Assembly: GCA_029261215.1 (NCBI GenBank)
Contig: JAJDBT010000118.1
Location: forward strand, 9,121-73,120
From: Nitrospirota bacterium
GTDB lineage: Bacteria; Nitrospirota; Nitrospiria; SBBL01; JAADHI01
Direction: 5' to 3'
DNA: 64,000 bases
Each line of letters starts with the position of its first letter. Within the stretch, counting starts at the first letter, position 1. Positions 30,130 through 40,738 of the stretch are shown here, in pieces. The notes under the pieces are model-generated. The model did not search any database and was not told the DNA's origin. It saw nothing but the letters and a program-made list of their open reading frames with translations. The translations under genes and the position numbers were made by a program.

Positions 30130-32520
30130 TTAAAAGAGTGAACCAATTGAAAACTCAACCGTTCTTTTAGGTTCACCCGGTCTGGGGTTCAGATTATGCC
30201 CCCACTCCAATCGCAGCGGCCCGACGGGGGAGATCCAACGAATGCCATACCCTGCGGACTCTCGCATACCACTTAGGGTAATCTGCTCCCCTTCGTCAAA
30301 TGCTGCACCATAGTCATAAAAAAGCAACAGCTTCACTTTGGCCTCTTTAACGATCGGGATGAGGTACTCAAAGTTAAAATAGGCTTCCTTGTTTCCACCC
30401 AAAATTTCACCACGGATTGGGCCCGTAGGAGGAGTTGCCAACGGGTCTCCGGGAATATCGGGAGCCCGAGGTCCGGCTTCACCAAAATCAAAACCTCTGA
30501 CCGTATTGATTCCGCCTACAAAAAAACGTTCCCCCAATGGAATTTCTTTTCCGTCAAGGCCTTCTGCAAACCCGAAGCGGCCATGCAAAGAAAAAATATG
30601 ATCCCACCACAAGGGAAAAAAGCGGCTTGAATCCACAATGACTTTGTAATACGCATTATCACCGCCTAAAACTGTTCCAGCATACTCAAAAGAGACAGAG
30701 TCCCGGCCCCCTTCTTTCGGGTCAAAAAAGAAATCCCGCGTGTCTCGTGAAACAGAAAAACCCAAGGCACTGGTTAAGGTCTCACCTAAGGCTTCCTGTC
30801 GAATCACCTGTAATGGCACCCTGGGATCCACTGATTGTGTCAGAACACCAACAGTTTCATCCGTGGTGACTAGACCTGTAGCAGGATCAATCAAGCGAAC
30901 CAACTGATCCAAGTCTGAAATTTCGAGCGTTTCAATGGTATAGCTGATACTACCTTTCACATATTCCCCGAACGATTTTCCCAGGATCATGTCGCCACCC
31001 GTTCGTTTTTCTTCATAGACACCAAAATCACGGACTTGATTGAAAAGATTGACCGTCCCGGAAAGCTCCCGGTCAAACAAATAGGGTTCTCGAAAGGTCA
31101 GGGTATAGGTATCGCGCCGTCCACCGGTTTCGACTTTAAATTTCACCAGCTGGCCTTTTCCCAAAAAATTTCCCATCGTAATGTCAAATGTGGCTACAAA
31201 TTTATCGACCGAGCTGTACCCTCCACCAATACTGAAGGTCCCTGTGGGTTTTTCCTTCACCTCAACATCAATGTCCACCCATCCCGGCGCAATCCGTCGG
31301 GGAACAAGATTAATGTCTTCAAAATAGTTCAGGTTGTTTAAGCGCTGAAAACTGCGACGCAGGGCCTTTGTATTGACCAATTCCTGCTCATTCACACGAA
31401 TTTCCCGACGAATCACCTTATCGCGTGTTTTATTATTTCCGGCGATGTGAATTTCCCGTACCTTCACCGGCTCGCCTTCAATAATATGAAAGGTCACATC
31501 AACTGTTAGGTCATCAGGGTTTGGCCGAAGATCCGGAACGATATTGGTATAAATATAGCCTTTCTCACCATAATGATCCGTCATTTCTCCGATATCATGC
31601 CTTAATTTTTCCCGGTTAAAAATCTCACCGGGTTGACTCTCTGTTAGAGCGGAAAGCGCTGTCGTATCAAAAAGTTCACCCCCCTCAAACCCGATTTCGC
31701 CAATCTTAAACTGCTCTCCTTCGCTGATTGAAAGCGTAATGTCAAAGTTGGCTTTATCTTCACTCAGTGTGACTTTGGGTTCCCCAACCTCGATATTTAA
31801 ATAACCGTTATTCAAGTAAAGATCTTTTATTCTCTCCCGATCAAAGGCCAACTGTTCTTTTTTGTAGCGGCCAGATTCCGTCATCCATGAACTCAACCAA
31901 AAATAAGTATCTGTTTCCATCTGCTTTCGGATTTTTTTTGTCTTGAAAACCTTGTTGCCTTCAATTTCGATATTTCGAATATAGACCTGATCACCTTCTT
32001 CAATTAAAAATGTGAGTACCACCTGATTTTCGGGCAGTTTTTGAATGACTGGAATGACAGATGCGTTGTAATAGGCATCTGCTTCATAAGTGGCCTGAAC
32101 CTGTTTTACATAACTTTTAATCGCCTTTTTATCGAAAAAAGTATTTGTCTTTATTTGCAAGGCTTCATTGAGGCTGTCCTTCTCAATATTTTCATTGCCC
32201 TCAAAGACAACCTCCATGAGAAAAGGTTTTTCGTGAACAATAAAATGGAGTGCAAGACCGCCTTCAAGTCCTTCAGATTCGACTTCTACAAGATCAAAAA
32301 ATCCCATTCGATAGATATTTTTAATATTCGATTGCACCTTCTCAGGTGAGAAAAAATCACCTTCCGCAATTGAAAGATGAGACAAAATCGTCATACGGTC
32401 AATTCGGCGATTTCCTTTAATCTCAACTGATTTGATTTCAATCGCTTTATCTTCTGCATACACTGCACTGGATACGAAGAGTAGGATCAAACAAACGAAC
32501 AACTGCCAAGGTTTTGTCAA
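30130..32520 (-). CDS. bamA: Outer membrane protein assembly factor BamA (Omp85)
   Basis: A signal peptide and POTRA-type N-terminal repeats precede an Omp85 barrel ending in FSIGSLF. 796 aa with a TTG start. Confidence 0.93.
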   Translation of the reverse strand: MTKPWQLFVCLILLFVSSAVYAEDKAIEIKSVEIKGNRRIDRMTILSHLSIAEGDFFSPEKVQSNIKNIYRMGFFDLVEVESEGLEGGLALHFIVHEKPFLMEVVFEGNENIEKDSLNEALQIKTNTFFDKKAIKSYVKQVQATYEADAYYNASVIPVIQKLPENQVVLTFLIEEGDQVYIRNIEIEGNKVFKTKKIRKQMETDTYFWLSSWMTESGRYKKEQLAFDRERIKDLYLNNGYLNIEVGEPKVTLSEDKANFDITLSISEGEQFKIGEIGFEGGELFDTTALSALTESQPGEIFNREKLRHDIGEMTDHYGEKGYIYTNIVPDLRPNPDDLTVDVTFHIIEGEPVKVREIHIAGNNKTRDKVIRREIRVNEQELVNTKALRRSFQRLNNLNYFEDINLVPRRIAPGWVDIDVEVKEKPTGTFSIGGGYSSVDKFVATFDITMGNFLGKGQLVKFKVETGGRRDTYTLTFREPYLFDRELSGTVNLFNQVRDFGVYEEKRTGGDMILGKSFGEYVKGSISYTIETLEISDLDQLVRLIDPATGLVTTDETVGVLTQSVDPRVPLQVIRQEALGETLTSALGFSVSRDTRDFFFDPKEGGRDSVSFEYAGTVLGGDNAYYKVIVDSSRFFPLWWDHIFSLHGRFGFAEGLDGKEIPLGERFFVGGINTVRGFDFGEAGPRAPDIPGDPLATPPTGPIRGEILGGNKEAYFNFEYLIPIVKEAKVKLLLFYDYGAAFDEGEQITLSGMRESAGYGIRWISPVGPLRLEWGHNLNPRPGEPKRTVEFSIGSLF

Positions 32521-32555
32521 GGGACCCGCTACTCCTTCAGACTCAAAATCTGCTT

Positions 32556-32584
32556 ATGCTATCATATGCATCAGGGCCTGTAAA
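32556..32584 (-). promoter_or_regulatory. Possible sigma70-like promoter upstream of bamA (TTTACA-17 nt-TAGCAT on the minus strand)
   Basis: The hexamers lie at 32579-32584 and 32556-32561. The match is only moderate. Confidence 0.3.
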
Positions 32585-32741
32585 CAGATTGAACCCGGAG
32601 ATAAAAACCGGAATTTTCGCCCCTGTGCGTAAACATTACCCCACCGGTTTTTACACGACAAACAAGAACATTCATAAAGAACAGCTTAAGTCTCAGGAGA
32701 ACTGAGCAGGATCTGAATATCCTAATCAGGAACGATCAAGC

Positions 32742-35700
32742 CTAAGGGGATGAAGTATTTACAGTAATGGCCACAGGACTTTGTAAGCCCGTTTTATCAC
32801 CGGCAAGGGTTTTAAGGGGAGATTGCCCAGTTGCGGTACTCGCATCCGGGAAAATATAAACTGCGTTTGCATCACGATCCGCGACGTACAGGATATCTTT
32901 ACCAGCGTCCACAAAAATACCGGAAAGCTTAACCATAAAATTATTTCCGTTCCCGTCTCGACCGGTAATGACTCGCGAAGGCGAGGCATTACCACTTAAG
33001 CTGGAGGCATTTTCAAAAACAAGCACTTCGGTTTTACCCTGATTCAAGACATATAAAATGTCACGGACAGAATCAAGGGCAAGGCCAGCGGGCTCATCCA
33101 ATCCGCTCTGGACACCGCTTAAAAAAAGACTTCGGGCGGCTGCCCCTTCCACAGAAAAAACAAGGACGGCATTGTTTCCATGACTCGCAATATAAAGTCG
33201 CTTCCGAAGCCCATCCACAGCAAGTCCGCGCGGGCTGATTAAATCAGGATCAGAGATGGTTTCACTTGGCGTTTGCCCATCAAGCAAAGTACTTGCATCG
33301 TTAAACACCAATACGGCATTGCAGGGTAAGGTGCCGCAACTGATGGATTCACTATTTGATACATACAGCCGATCCAGAGCACTGTCGATCACCAGTCCTG
33401 CGGGACGATTGAGCTGAAGATTATTCAAGTCCCTTTTTCCCGTTGTGGCATCCAGTGTGACATCCACTTTATCGGCTTTTTCGAGGATCGAAAGCGTATT
33501 GCTTCCTTGATTGGCAACATACAGCACATTTTTTATCGGGTCGAGCGCGAGGGCTTCCGGCGAAACAAAACCGCCACTGCCATCAGACCAAATCTTGCTG
33601 GGCGGCACCCGGCCTTCAATGCCATACACAAGCAAGGCCCCACCCGAACAGCCCGAAACACAATTTTTTTGAGCCGACTGGGCCACATAAAGCGTGTCGT
33701 TATTTTTATGTTTTGAAAGGAAAACAGCGCCGGTATAGCGCCTGAGCGGGGTGGTTCCCGCGTCCTGCCAAAACGCCAGCCGGGTTTTATCCCCGCTGAG
33801 TTTTTTTACTTTAGTTAAATCGACATCCGCACAAACACCCGTCCGATCAAGGCAAGCACTCGTCGCATCGCCGAGGGTACTGGCTTCCTGAAAGGTGAGC
33901 ACCGCTTCCGGATACGTGACAGAACCTTCAACATGAGAAGCCGATTTAATGAGGAAAAGCCGGTTCGTCGCAAGATCCACATAGGGCGAAATAGGCGCTT
34001 TTAATTTTTTCTGAGGATCTGCAAAACCTTCCGTTGAAATAATCCGGTCCGGTAAACAAGGTGCAGCAAAACAGGCAGTCCCACCGTCTCCCTTGGTACT
34101 GGCATTTTCATAAACGTACACCGTGTTGTCGCTTGAGACTCCGGTTTCGACGCCGTTGTTTGTAACATAAAGAATGTCGCGCTGGGTATCGATAAAAACA
34201 CCATAGGGTTTTTTCAAGCCTGTAATTTCACGTTCTTTCAACCACGGACCCGCCGGCGGCGGTAATTTAAAGACCACGACACTATTGTTGTTTTTATCCG
34301 CGACATAAACTTCGCCCCTGGCCTCATCGACCGTCATTGCCGTCGGACCACCTGGACTTAAACCATCTGTACCCCGATTCAGGGCACCCGGAGCCTGGAG
34401 ATCAACCTTAGAGGTTTCTGAACCTGAAGGGCCATCCGCATTATTTATCGGAAAAGGCACAGGGGTCACACCGTTAGAAAAGCTCGTATTCAAATTGTAA
34501 GCAATCAAACCATACTTTGCCGGAGAACCAACAGAAGAACCATCCGCGACAAGCATCAAATTTCGGGTTTTATCGATATACACGCCTCTTGGCATATTGA
34601 AGGAACTGCCGCCAATCGTCCAATCCGGGGCTTTGGAAACATTAAAACTTTCGTCACTGACATGATTATAAACAGTGATTGGATATAACGAAGGAGTCAT
34701 GCCATTTCCGGCGTTTGAGATATACAGACGATCCAGCGCGAGGTCATAAAAAACACCACTGGGCACATTTAGAAGCGTTGTCGTCGCAGCCCCAAAATTT
34801 TCTTTCAAGGGTGCGGTGTTTTCCTCCACGACATAAATAAAAATATTATTCGCACCCGTATTGGCGATATAAGCAGTGTCCCGTGTTGGATCAAAAGCGA
34901 GCCCGACCGGACTTGAAAGGGTGGTGCCGGTCTCAGGGCTGACATCGCCTCCTATTCTGGAGTCTGGAGACAGCTCGCAAGAAGATGGGCTCGCAAGAAG
35001 AGGACAGACCATATCGATCTCGTTAAATACCACCACGGAAGGACTGTCCACATTATTTCCTGTTGATGAATTCACATTATTAGGACTGTTATTATTGACG
35101 ACAATCACCCTTCCCCGCGTCTCATCCACGGCAATGCCCGCAGGCACCGTCAATCCGCTATTGAGTCCGGTAATCACTCGTTCAGGAACCACGCCGCCAT
35201 TCAGTGTGCTGGCATCTTCATAAATCAAAACCGCAGGCTGATTTAGACCGGTATTCACAACGTAAAGCCGGTCATTCACACGATCGAGGGCAATACCAAA
35301 GGGCAATTCAAGCTTGCTCACACTCTTGTCGAGATCCTCATGTGGAGAAATGATCCGTGTCGGGGGGATGTTACAGCTTGTAAAATCGTTTATGCAGGAG
35401 GCGGGCGAGGCACCAAGGGCATTTGCATTGTCATACACTAAGATTGAATCGCTTCCTGCATTGGAGATGTAAAGGAGGTTCTTGCTAGGATCAATCGCAA
35501 GCGCCCGTGGAAAATCGAGCTGGGTCTGATCACCCACCAAAAGAGTACAAGGCAGAATGTCTCCATCAAGTGGAGCCGCTGAGATACAACTGGAGTGAAA
35601 GGCAGTGATGGTATTTCCGCCTCTGTTTGCGACAAAAAGACGCTCCGTGACACCATCAAAGGCCACGGCATAAGGCTCGTCCATCAACGTTTTGCTTCCC

Positions 35701-36146
35701 GATATCACACGAGTGGGCTGGGGGGAACCGGTTAGAGTGCTAGCGTTTTCATAAATTTGAATGGCATTTTGGGCTGTATTGGCCACATAAAGCGTGTCAT
35801 TGCTTCGATCCAAAAAGACCCCGGTCGGACCCGTGATCGCATTCGGGAACTGACGGTCAGGAAAGACATTTCCATCTGGTACGCGGGGAACGATTTTTGA
35901 CTGGGCCGTTTTTGAGTTGGAAGATAAAGGGTCAAAAGCAAGGAGCCGACCATCGCCCCCATTGGCCACATAGAGCGAGCCTCCAAAGGTAAAGGTCTCC
36001 TGAGCGGCTGTTTTCGGAGCAGGTCCTGCTGTTTCACCACAAGCAGAGAGAATAAAATAAAAGAGAATGAGCAAACAGAGAGGAAACCTCCGTTTGAACC
36101 CTTCGATGAGAACGTCTACTGTTTCAATCCTGCTTCTCAATATCAT
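32742..36146 (-). CDS. Giant beta-propeller-repeat lipoprotein (YVTN/NHL-like blades, about 18 repeats), unknown function
   Basis: Lipobox ILSAC is present. About 18 copies of a blade core occur, such as DTLYVAN..N.I.IY and DRLYVSN.... A linker motif (Y/F)ENAS(T/S)L...P.R.I.G recurs. Seven short Cys pairs sit in the loops. Confidence 0.8.
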   Translation of the reverse strand: MILRSRIETVDVLIEGFKRRFPLCLLILFYFILSACGETAGPAPKTAAQETFTFGGSLYVANGGDGRLLAFDPLSSNSKTAQSKIVPRVPDGNVFPDRQFPNAITGPTGVFLDRSNDTLYVANTAQNAIQIYENASTLTGSPQPTRVISGSKTLMDEPYAVAFDGVTERLFVANRGGNTITAFHSSCISAAPLDGDILPCTLLVGDQTQLDFPRALAIDPSKNLLYISNAGSDSILVYDNANALGASPASCINDFTSCNIPPTRIISPHEDLDKSVSKLELPFGIALDRVNDRLYVVNTGLNQPAVLIYEDASTLNGGVVPERVITGLNSGLTVPAGIAVDETRGRVIVVNNNSPNNVNSSTGNNVDSPSVVVFNEIDMVCPLLASPSSCELSPDSRIGGDVSPETGTTLSSPVGLAFDPTRDTAYIANTGANNIFIYVVEENTAPLKENFGAATTTLLNVPSGVFYDLALDRLYISNAGNGMTPSLYPITVYNHVSDESFNVSKAPDWTIGGSSFNMPRGVYIDKTRNLMLVADGSSVGSPAKYGLIAYNLNTSFSNGVTPVPFPINNADGPSGSETSKVDLQAPGALNRGTDGLSPGGPTAMTVDEARGEVYVADKNNNSVVVFKLPPPAGPWLKEREITGLKKPYGVFIDTQRDILYVTNNGVETGVSSDNTVYVYENASTKGDGGTACFAAPCLPDRIISTEGFADPQKKLKAPISPYVDLATNRLFLIKSASHVEGSVTYPEAVLTFQEASTLGDATSACLDRTGVCADVDLTKVKKLSGDKTRLAFWQDAGTTPLRRYTGAVFLSKHKNNDTLYVAQSAQKNCVSGCSGGALLVYGIEGRVPPSKIWSDGSGGFVSPEALALDPIKNVLYVANQGSNTLSILEKADKVDVTLDATTGKRDLNNLQLNRPAGLVIDSALDRLYVSNSESISCGTLPCNAVLVFNDASTLLDGQTPSETISDPDLISPRGLAVDGLRKRLYIASHGNNAVLVFSVEGAAARSLFLSGVQSGLDEPAGLALDSVRDILYVLNQGKTEVLVFENASSLSGNASPSRVITGRDGNGNNFMVKLSGIFVDAGKDILYVADRDANAVYIFPDASTATGQSPLKTLAGDKTGLQSPVAITVNTSSP

Positions 36147-36238
36147 CCCATCGAGAAAACCCGAGCTGGCCTATAGGAGCACACAGAACGAGCAGGTTGC
36201 ATCACCCAGAAATGTGACACCCTGTAAAGGGGAGCAAA

Positions 36239-36841
36239 TCAGGCTTCACCTTCACCCAATTGATACCGGACAAACCGTCTAACCTGAATATTCTCTCCTA
36301 CCTTTGCAACCGTTTCTGCAACAAACTCCAATACGGTAATCTCTGGATTTTTGAGATACGGTTGCTCCAGTAGACAAATAGATTGAAGAAACTTGGTGAC
36401 CTTGCCTTCTGCAATTTTTTCGATCACCGCTTCAGGTTTTTTTGATTCCATGGCTTGTGCTTTAAAAATCGCACGTTCCTTTTCGATGAGCTCTTCAGGA
36501 ACCTCTTCTTTACGAACATAAAGCGGGGGTGGGTTTGAACCGGCGATTTGCATCCCCAGATCCTTCACCAATCCCTGAAATTCAGGATTACGGGCTACAA
36601 AGTCCGTCTCACAATTTACCTCGACCATAACGCCAATTTTTCCGCCTGCATGGATGTAAGACCCGATTAGGCCCTCTTCTGTGCTTCGGCCTGATTTCTT
36701 GGACGCTGTTGCAAGACCCTTCTTTCGAAGAAAAACGATCGCCTTTTCGACATCTCCATCCGATTCCTGGAGCGCGACTTTGCAATCCATAATACCGGCT
36801 CCCGTTTTCTCTCGGAGCGACTTTATTGCATTAACTCCCAA
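36239..36841 (-). CDS. tsf: Translation elongation factor Ts
   Basis: The N-terminus reads IKSLREKTGAGIMDCKVAL. This is the short 200-aa form, located downstream of rpsB. Confidence 0.93.
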   Translation of the reverse strand: MGVNAIKSLREKTGAGIMDCKVALQESDGDVEKAIVFLRKKGLATASKKSGRSTEEGLIGSYIHAGGKIGVMVEVNCETDFVARNPEFQGLVKDLGMQIAGSNPPPLYVRKEEVPEELIEKERAIFKAQAMESKKPEAVIEKIAEGKVTKFLQSICLLEQPYLKNPEITVLEFVAETVAKVGENIQVRRFVRYQLGEGEA

Positions 36842-36900
36842 ACTCCCCTCCTTACCCTTCTAATATCCATCTGATCAACTTCACCGAGGTGTTGAGGTGT

Positions 36901-37746
36901 TCAGGATGCAGCATCCTTCGCTTCCGTCGCAGCTACAGCAACTTCCACTGGGGGCACCTCCTCGGGGACTGTTTTTTTAATCTCTTCGGCGACCTTCGTC
37001 GCGGCCTCTGACGACGTTTCGACGGGAGCTACAATCTCGGCATCGCCCTTTTCTTGCAGGCGGAAACCCTCTATCGCCGCATCCGCAATCCGGCTTGTGA
37101 TCAGTCGAATGGCGCGAATCGCATCATCATTTCCAGGGATCGGATAATCAATTTCGTCCGGGTTGCAATTCGTATCAACAATCGCGATTATTGGAATCCC
37201 CAATCGTCTGGCTTCGAGAACAGCTGTTTTTTCTTTAATCGTATCAATAATAAACAATGCTGAGGGGAGACGTTTTAGGTTTTTCATACCGCCCAACGTT
37301 TTATCCAGCTGAACCCGGGCCTTTTCAAGTTTGATCACTTCTTTTTTGGGCAAACGATCATACGTCCCGTCTTTATCGGCTTCTTCAAGCGCCTTGAGTT
37401 TCTTTATGCTTTGTTTGATCGTCGCATAGTTCGTCAGCATCCCGCCGAGCCAACGATGATTCACAAAAAACATATTACAACGACTGGCTTCTTCCCCAAT
37501 AATTTCTTGCGCCTGCCGTTTTGTCCCGACAAACAAAACCGACTCACCGGCCTCAGCCAATCCACGAACAAATGCATACGCTTTGGTAAAGGCCTTCACT
37601 GTTTTTTGAAGGTCAATAATATAGACGTTGTTGCGCTCTCCAAAGATATATTTCTCCATCTTTGGGTTCCATCGTTTTGTTTGGTGACCAAAATGGACAC
37701 CGGCTTCTAATAACTCCCCTACTTCAATAACAGGCATATCAAACAC
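36901..37746 (-). CDS. rpsB: 30S ribosomal protein S2
   Basis: Carries [15 protein letters not shown] and IDTNCNPD blocks, with an acidic C-terminal tail. Confidence 0.96.
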   Translation of the reverse strand: MFDMPVIEVGELLEAGVHFGHQTKRWNPKMEKYIFGERNNVYIIDLQKTVKAFTKAYAFVRGLAEAGESVLFVGTKRQAQEIIGEEASRCNMFFVNHRWLGGMLTNYATIKQSIKKLKALEEADKDGTYDRLPKKEVIKLEKARVQLDKTLGGMKNLKRLPSALFIIDTIKEKTAVLEARRLGIPIIAIVDTNCNPDEIDYPIPGNDDAIRAIRLITSRIADAAIEGFRLQEKGDAEIVAPVETSSEAATKVAEEIKKTVPEEVPPVEVAVAATEAKDAAS

Positions 37747-37979
37747 TCCTTTTTTGGTCTCATCCTCCGCTCCTTCTTAACATGACCTTAAGATATCATG
37801 AACACCGGAAACCTGCGTCTCAATCTAAGAATGAGGCAGGGACCAAACCGGATGTTAGAGCGTGTGTATTTTAGTTAACGCGCCTAAGCGCACGAAGGCG
37901 GAAGGATAGCATAAAAATAAATTAAATTACAACAGGAAAGGCAGGATTTAAGGCTACGGAAAAAGGCCTTCGTCTTTTT

Positions 37980-38588
37980 TTAATGAAGAGGCGGCGGGAT
38001 CTTCAGGCGTTTCAGCTCATACTGCTGGATTGCATCTTCCTGGGCCAGCGTTAAAGCAATATCATCCAATCCATTCAACAAGCTGGTTCGCCGAAAAGGA
38101 CTAATATCGATTTTAAACGACAGGCCGTCGTCCGAGAAGATTTTCTCTTGCTCAAGATCCACAGTCAGCATATAACCAGGGTTTTTCTGAACGGCCTTAA
38201 AAAGAGATTCGACCTCGGATTCTGTTAATCGGACAGGAAGAATTCCATTTTTAAAACAATTGTTGTAAAAAATATCGGCAAAAGAAGGGGCGATAATACA
38301 CTTAAATCCATAATCCAGTAATGCCCAGGGTGCATGCTCCCGTGAAGACCCGCATCCAAAATTGTCACGCGCAACCAAAATGGAGGCCCCTCGATAAGAA
38401 ACCGCGTTCATTTCAAAATCAGAATTTAGTTGCCCGTCTTTCGTAAACCGCCAATCATAGAACAGAAATTCACCAAAGCCGGTTCGCTCAATCCGCTTTA
38501 AAAACTGCTTGGGAATGATTTGGTCGGTGTCTACGTTGGGAAGATCAAGCGGGGCGACAACCCCCGTCATTACCTTAAAAGGTTCCAT
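37980..38588 (-). CDS. leuD: 3-isopropylmalate dehydratase small subunit
   Basis: Aconitase swivel domain with [13 protein letters not shown]. Adjacent to leuC. Confidence 0.93.
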   Translation of the reverse strand: MEPFKVMTGVVAPLDLPNVDTDQIIPKQFLKRIERTGFGEFLFYDWRFTKDGQLNSDFEMNAVSYRGASILVARDNFGCGSSREHAPWALLDYGFKCIIAPSFADIFYNNCFKNGILPVRLTESEVESLFKAVQKNPGYMLTVDLEQEKIFSDDGLSFKIDISPFRRTSLLNGLDDIALTLAQEDAIQQYELKRLKIPPPLH

Positions 38589-38603
38589 AGTGATTCTCCT
38601 GCC

Positions 38604-40013
38604 TCAAACAACTTGATCCGATTGACGAATATCCACAAAATGGCCTGCTAATGCGGCCGCGGCCGCCATGACCGGACTCACCAAATGCGTCCGGCCTCCG
38701 GCCCCCTGCCGACCTTCAAAATTCCTGTTTGAAGTCGAAGCGCAGCGCTCTCCCGGCTTCAACACGTCTGGGTTCATCGCAAGACACATCGAACAGCCCG
38801 ATTCGCGCCAATCAAAGCCCGCAGCCTTTAGGATGAGGTCAATCCCCTCTTCTTCCGCAGCCTTTTTGACCGCCTGGGAACCGGGGACCACCATCGCATA
38901 CACCTTTGAGGAAACCTGCTTTCCTTTCACAAAATGGGCGACACGCCGGAGATCTTCAATCCGGGAATTGGTACAGGACCCGATAAAAACATGGTCCACT
39001 TCAATCGATTCAATCGGGGTACCCCCTCTTAAACCCATATACTCCAAAGCGCGTTCTGCAGATTTTCTATCGTTTTCGTTCATAAAGTCTTCCGGGCTCG
39101 GAACCCTTGCATCCACAGAAATCACCTGACCGGGGTTTGTCCCCCAAGTCACCTGCGGGGCAAGCGAAGCGGCGCTGATTTGAATCGTCTTGTCAAAAAC
39201 CGCGCCCGGATCCGAAGGCAGCTGACGCCACGCTTCTGCTGACGCCTTAAAATCAACAGGGGCATACATTCTGCCTTGAAGGTATTCAATCGTTTTTTCG
39301 TCCGGGGCAATCATTCCCGCACGTGCCCCAGCCTCAATGGCCATGTTGCAGACTGTCATACGCTCTTCCATACTAAGATCCCGAATCGCTTCACCCGCAA
39401 ACTCAACAACTGAGCCGGCACCGCCACTGGTACCAATTTGACCAATAATGGACAGAATTAAATCTTTCGCTTCCACGCCACGAGGACGCTTTCCCTGTAC
39501 CTCTATCAAGAATGTTTTGGGCTTTTCCTGAATCAAACACTGGGTGGCGAGCACATGCTCGACCTCACTCGTCCCAATACCAAAAGCCAATGCGCCAAAA
39601 GCGCCATGTGTCGAGGTATGACTGTCGCCGCACACCACGGTCAAGCCCGGCAAGGTCAAACCCAGCTCAGGGCTAATCACATGGATAATGCCCTGATGCG
39701 GACTGGTCAAATCAAATAAAGTCACCCCGAAGCTTCGACAGTTTTCGGAAAGCGCATCCATTTGTCGGACGGATATTCCATCCTCTATCGGCAAAGAGCG
39801 GTCTGAAGTGGGCACATTGTGATCCATTGTGGCAAAGGTCAGCTCCGGCCGCCGAACCGAGCGACCCGCCAGGCGGAGCCCTTCAAAGGCTTGGGGCGAG
39901 GTCACTTCGTGGATTAAATGCCGGTCAATATAAATCAACGAGGGTTTACCCGGCTCATCATGGACCAAGTGGGCCTGCCAGATTTTTTCAAACATGGTTT
40001 TTGGTGTATTCAT
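38604..40013 (-). CDS. leuC: 3-isopropylmalate dehydratase large subunit
   Basis: Aconitase-family Fe-S cluster Cys motifs are present ([24 protein letters not shown]). Confidence 0.95.
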   Translation of the reverse strand: MNTPKTMFEKIWQAHLVHDEPGKPSLIYIDRHLIHEVTSPQAFEGLRLAGRSVRRPELTFATMDHNVPTSDRSLPIEDGISVRQMDALSENCRSFGVTLFDLTSPHQGIIHVISPELGLTLPGLTVVCGDSHTSTHGAFGALAFGIGTSEVEHVLATQCLIQEKPKTFLIEVQGKRPRGVEAKDLILSIIGQIGTSGGAGSVVEFAGEAIRDLSMEERMTVCNMAIEAGARAGMIAPDEKTIEYLQGRMYAPVDFKASAEAWRQLPSDPGAVFDKTIQISAASLAPQVTWGTNPGQVISVDARVPSPEDFMNENDRKSAERALEYMGLRGGTPIESIEVDHVFIGSCTNSRIEDLRRVAHFVKGKQVSSKVYAMVVPGSQAVKKAAEEEGIDLILKAAGFDWRESGCSMCLAMNPDVLKPGERCASTSNRNFEGRQGAGGRTHLVSPVMAAAAALAGHFVDIRQSDQVV

Positions 40014-40035
40014 AGTATCACTTCTACTTTCAAGA

Positions 40036-40452
40036 TTATCTCAGGTCCAGTAATTCGACTTCAAAAATCAGTGTCGCGTTTGGCGGAATCACACCTCCAG
40101 CTCCTCGCGCACCGTAGCCCAGCTTTGGAGGAATGATCAACTTCCGTTTGCCGCCCACCTTCATCGACATCACACCTTCATCCCAGCCCCGGATCACCTG
40201 GCCCACGCCAACACGAAAAGGGAAAGGCTGATTTCGATCTACAGAACTGTCAAACTTCGTTCCGTCCTGCAGCCAGCCCGTATAATGCACCAGAATATTT
40301 TGTCCTTTTTTCGGGCTTGGCCCTGTGCCTTCTTTCAAATCAACATACTTTAAACCGGAAGCCGTGGTCGTCTCCGGGGCTTCCGCAGACACTCCCGAAA
40401 TAGGCGAGATGAAGACACCCATAAAAAAAATGGTCATAAAAATTCTGGACAT
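40036..40452 (-). CDS. Secreted FKBP-type peptidyl-prolyl cis-trans isomerase
   Basis: The FKBP core reads [16 protein letters not shown]...[12 protein letters not shown]...[14 protein letters not shown]. The likely start is ATG 40452 ([10 protein letters not shown]... signal peptide); the maximal ORF extends to 40515. Confidence 0.88.
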   Translation of the reverse strand: MSRIFMTIFFMGVFISPISGVSAEAPETTTASGLKYVDLKEGTGPSPKKGQNILVHYTGWLQDGTKFDSSVDRNQPFPFRVGVGQVIRGWDEGVMSMKVGGKRKLIIPPKLGYGARGAGGVIPPNATLIFEVELLDLR

Positions 40453-40613
40453 CACAAACAGTTCCCCCTTCTTCCATTTTAAAAGCTCAAATACAAGCGA
40501 TAAAAATACAGGCAATTTTTTGCGCAGTATAAGTTGAATGCCTGCTGATAATCAAGCACGATGCCCAATCCAAAGAATATAAGGAAAGCCCAAAACCTTT
40601 CCCTGATTATCAG

Positions 40614-40642
40614 TTGACATTTTTTTTGAGGGATGATAGTTA
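40614..40642 (+). promoter_or_regulatory. Possible extended -10 promoter for the delta-60-repeat gene (TTGACA-17 nt-TAGTTA, with TGa before the -10)
   Basis: The hexamers lie at 40614-40619 and 40637-40642, about 95 nt upstream of the TTG 40739 start. GAGAGGGAG acts as the Shine-Dalgarno. Confidence 0.35.
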
Positions 40643-40738
40643 AAACGCTGCATTTTTACTACATAAAAAGGCTTTATCAAAACCATTTTCCTGCTTTCTT
40701 GCGGGCGCTTCTTTAAAATAATCAGAGAGGGAGCATCG

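Noticed and set aside
37747-37979. Possible rpsB leader, ncRNA or leuD terminator in the 233-nt gap upstream of rpsB
   Set aside because: I saw only short (4-5 bp) stems and a weak promoter-like match (TTGTAA-18-TATCCT). That is not enough to call a structured element without covariance or expression data.
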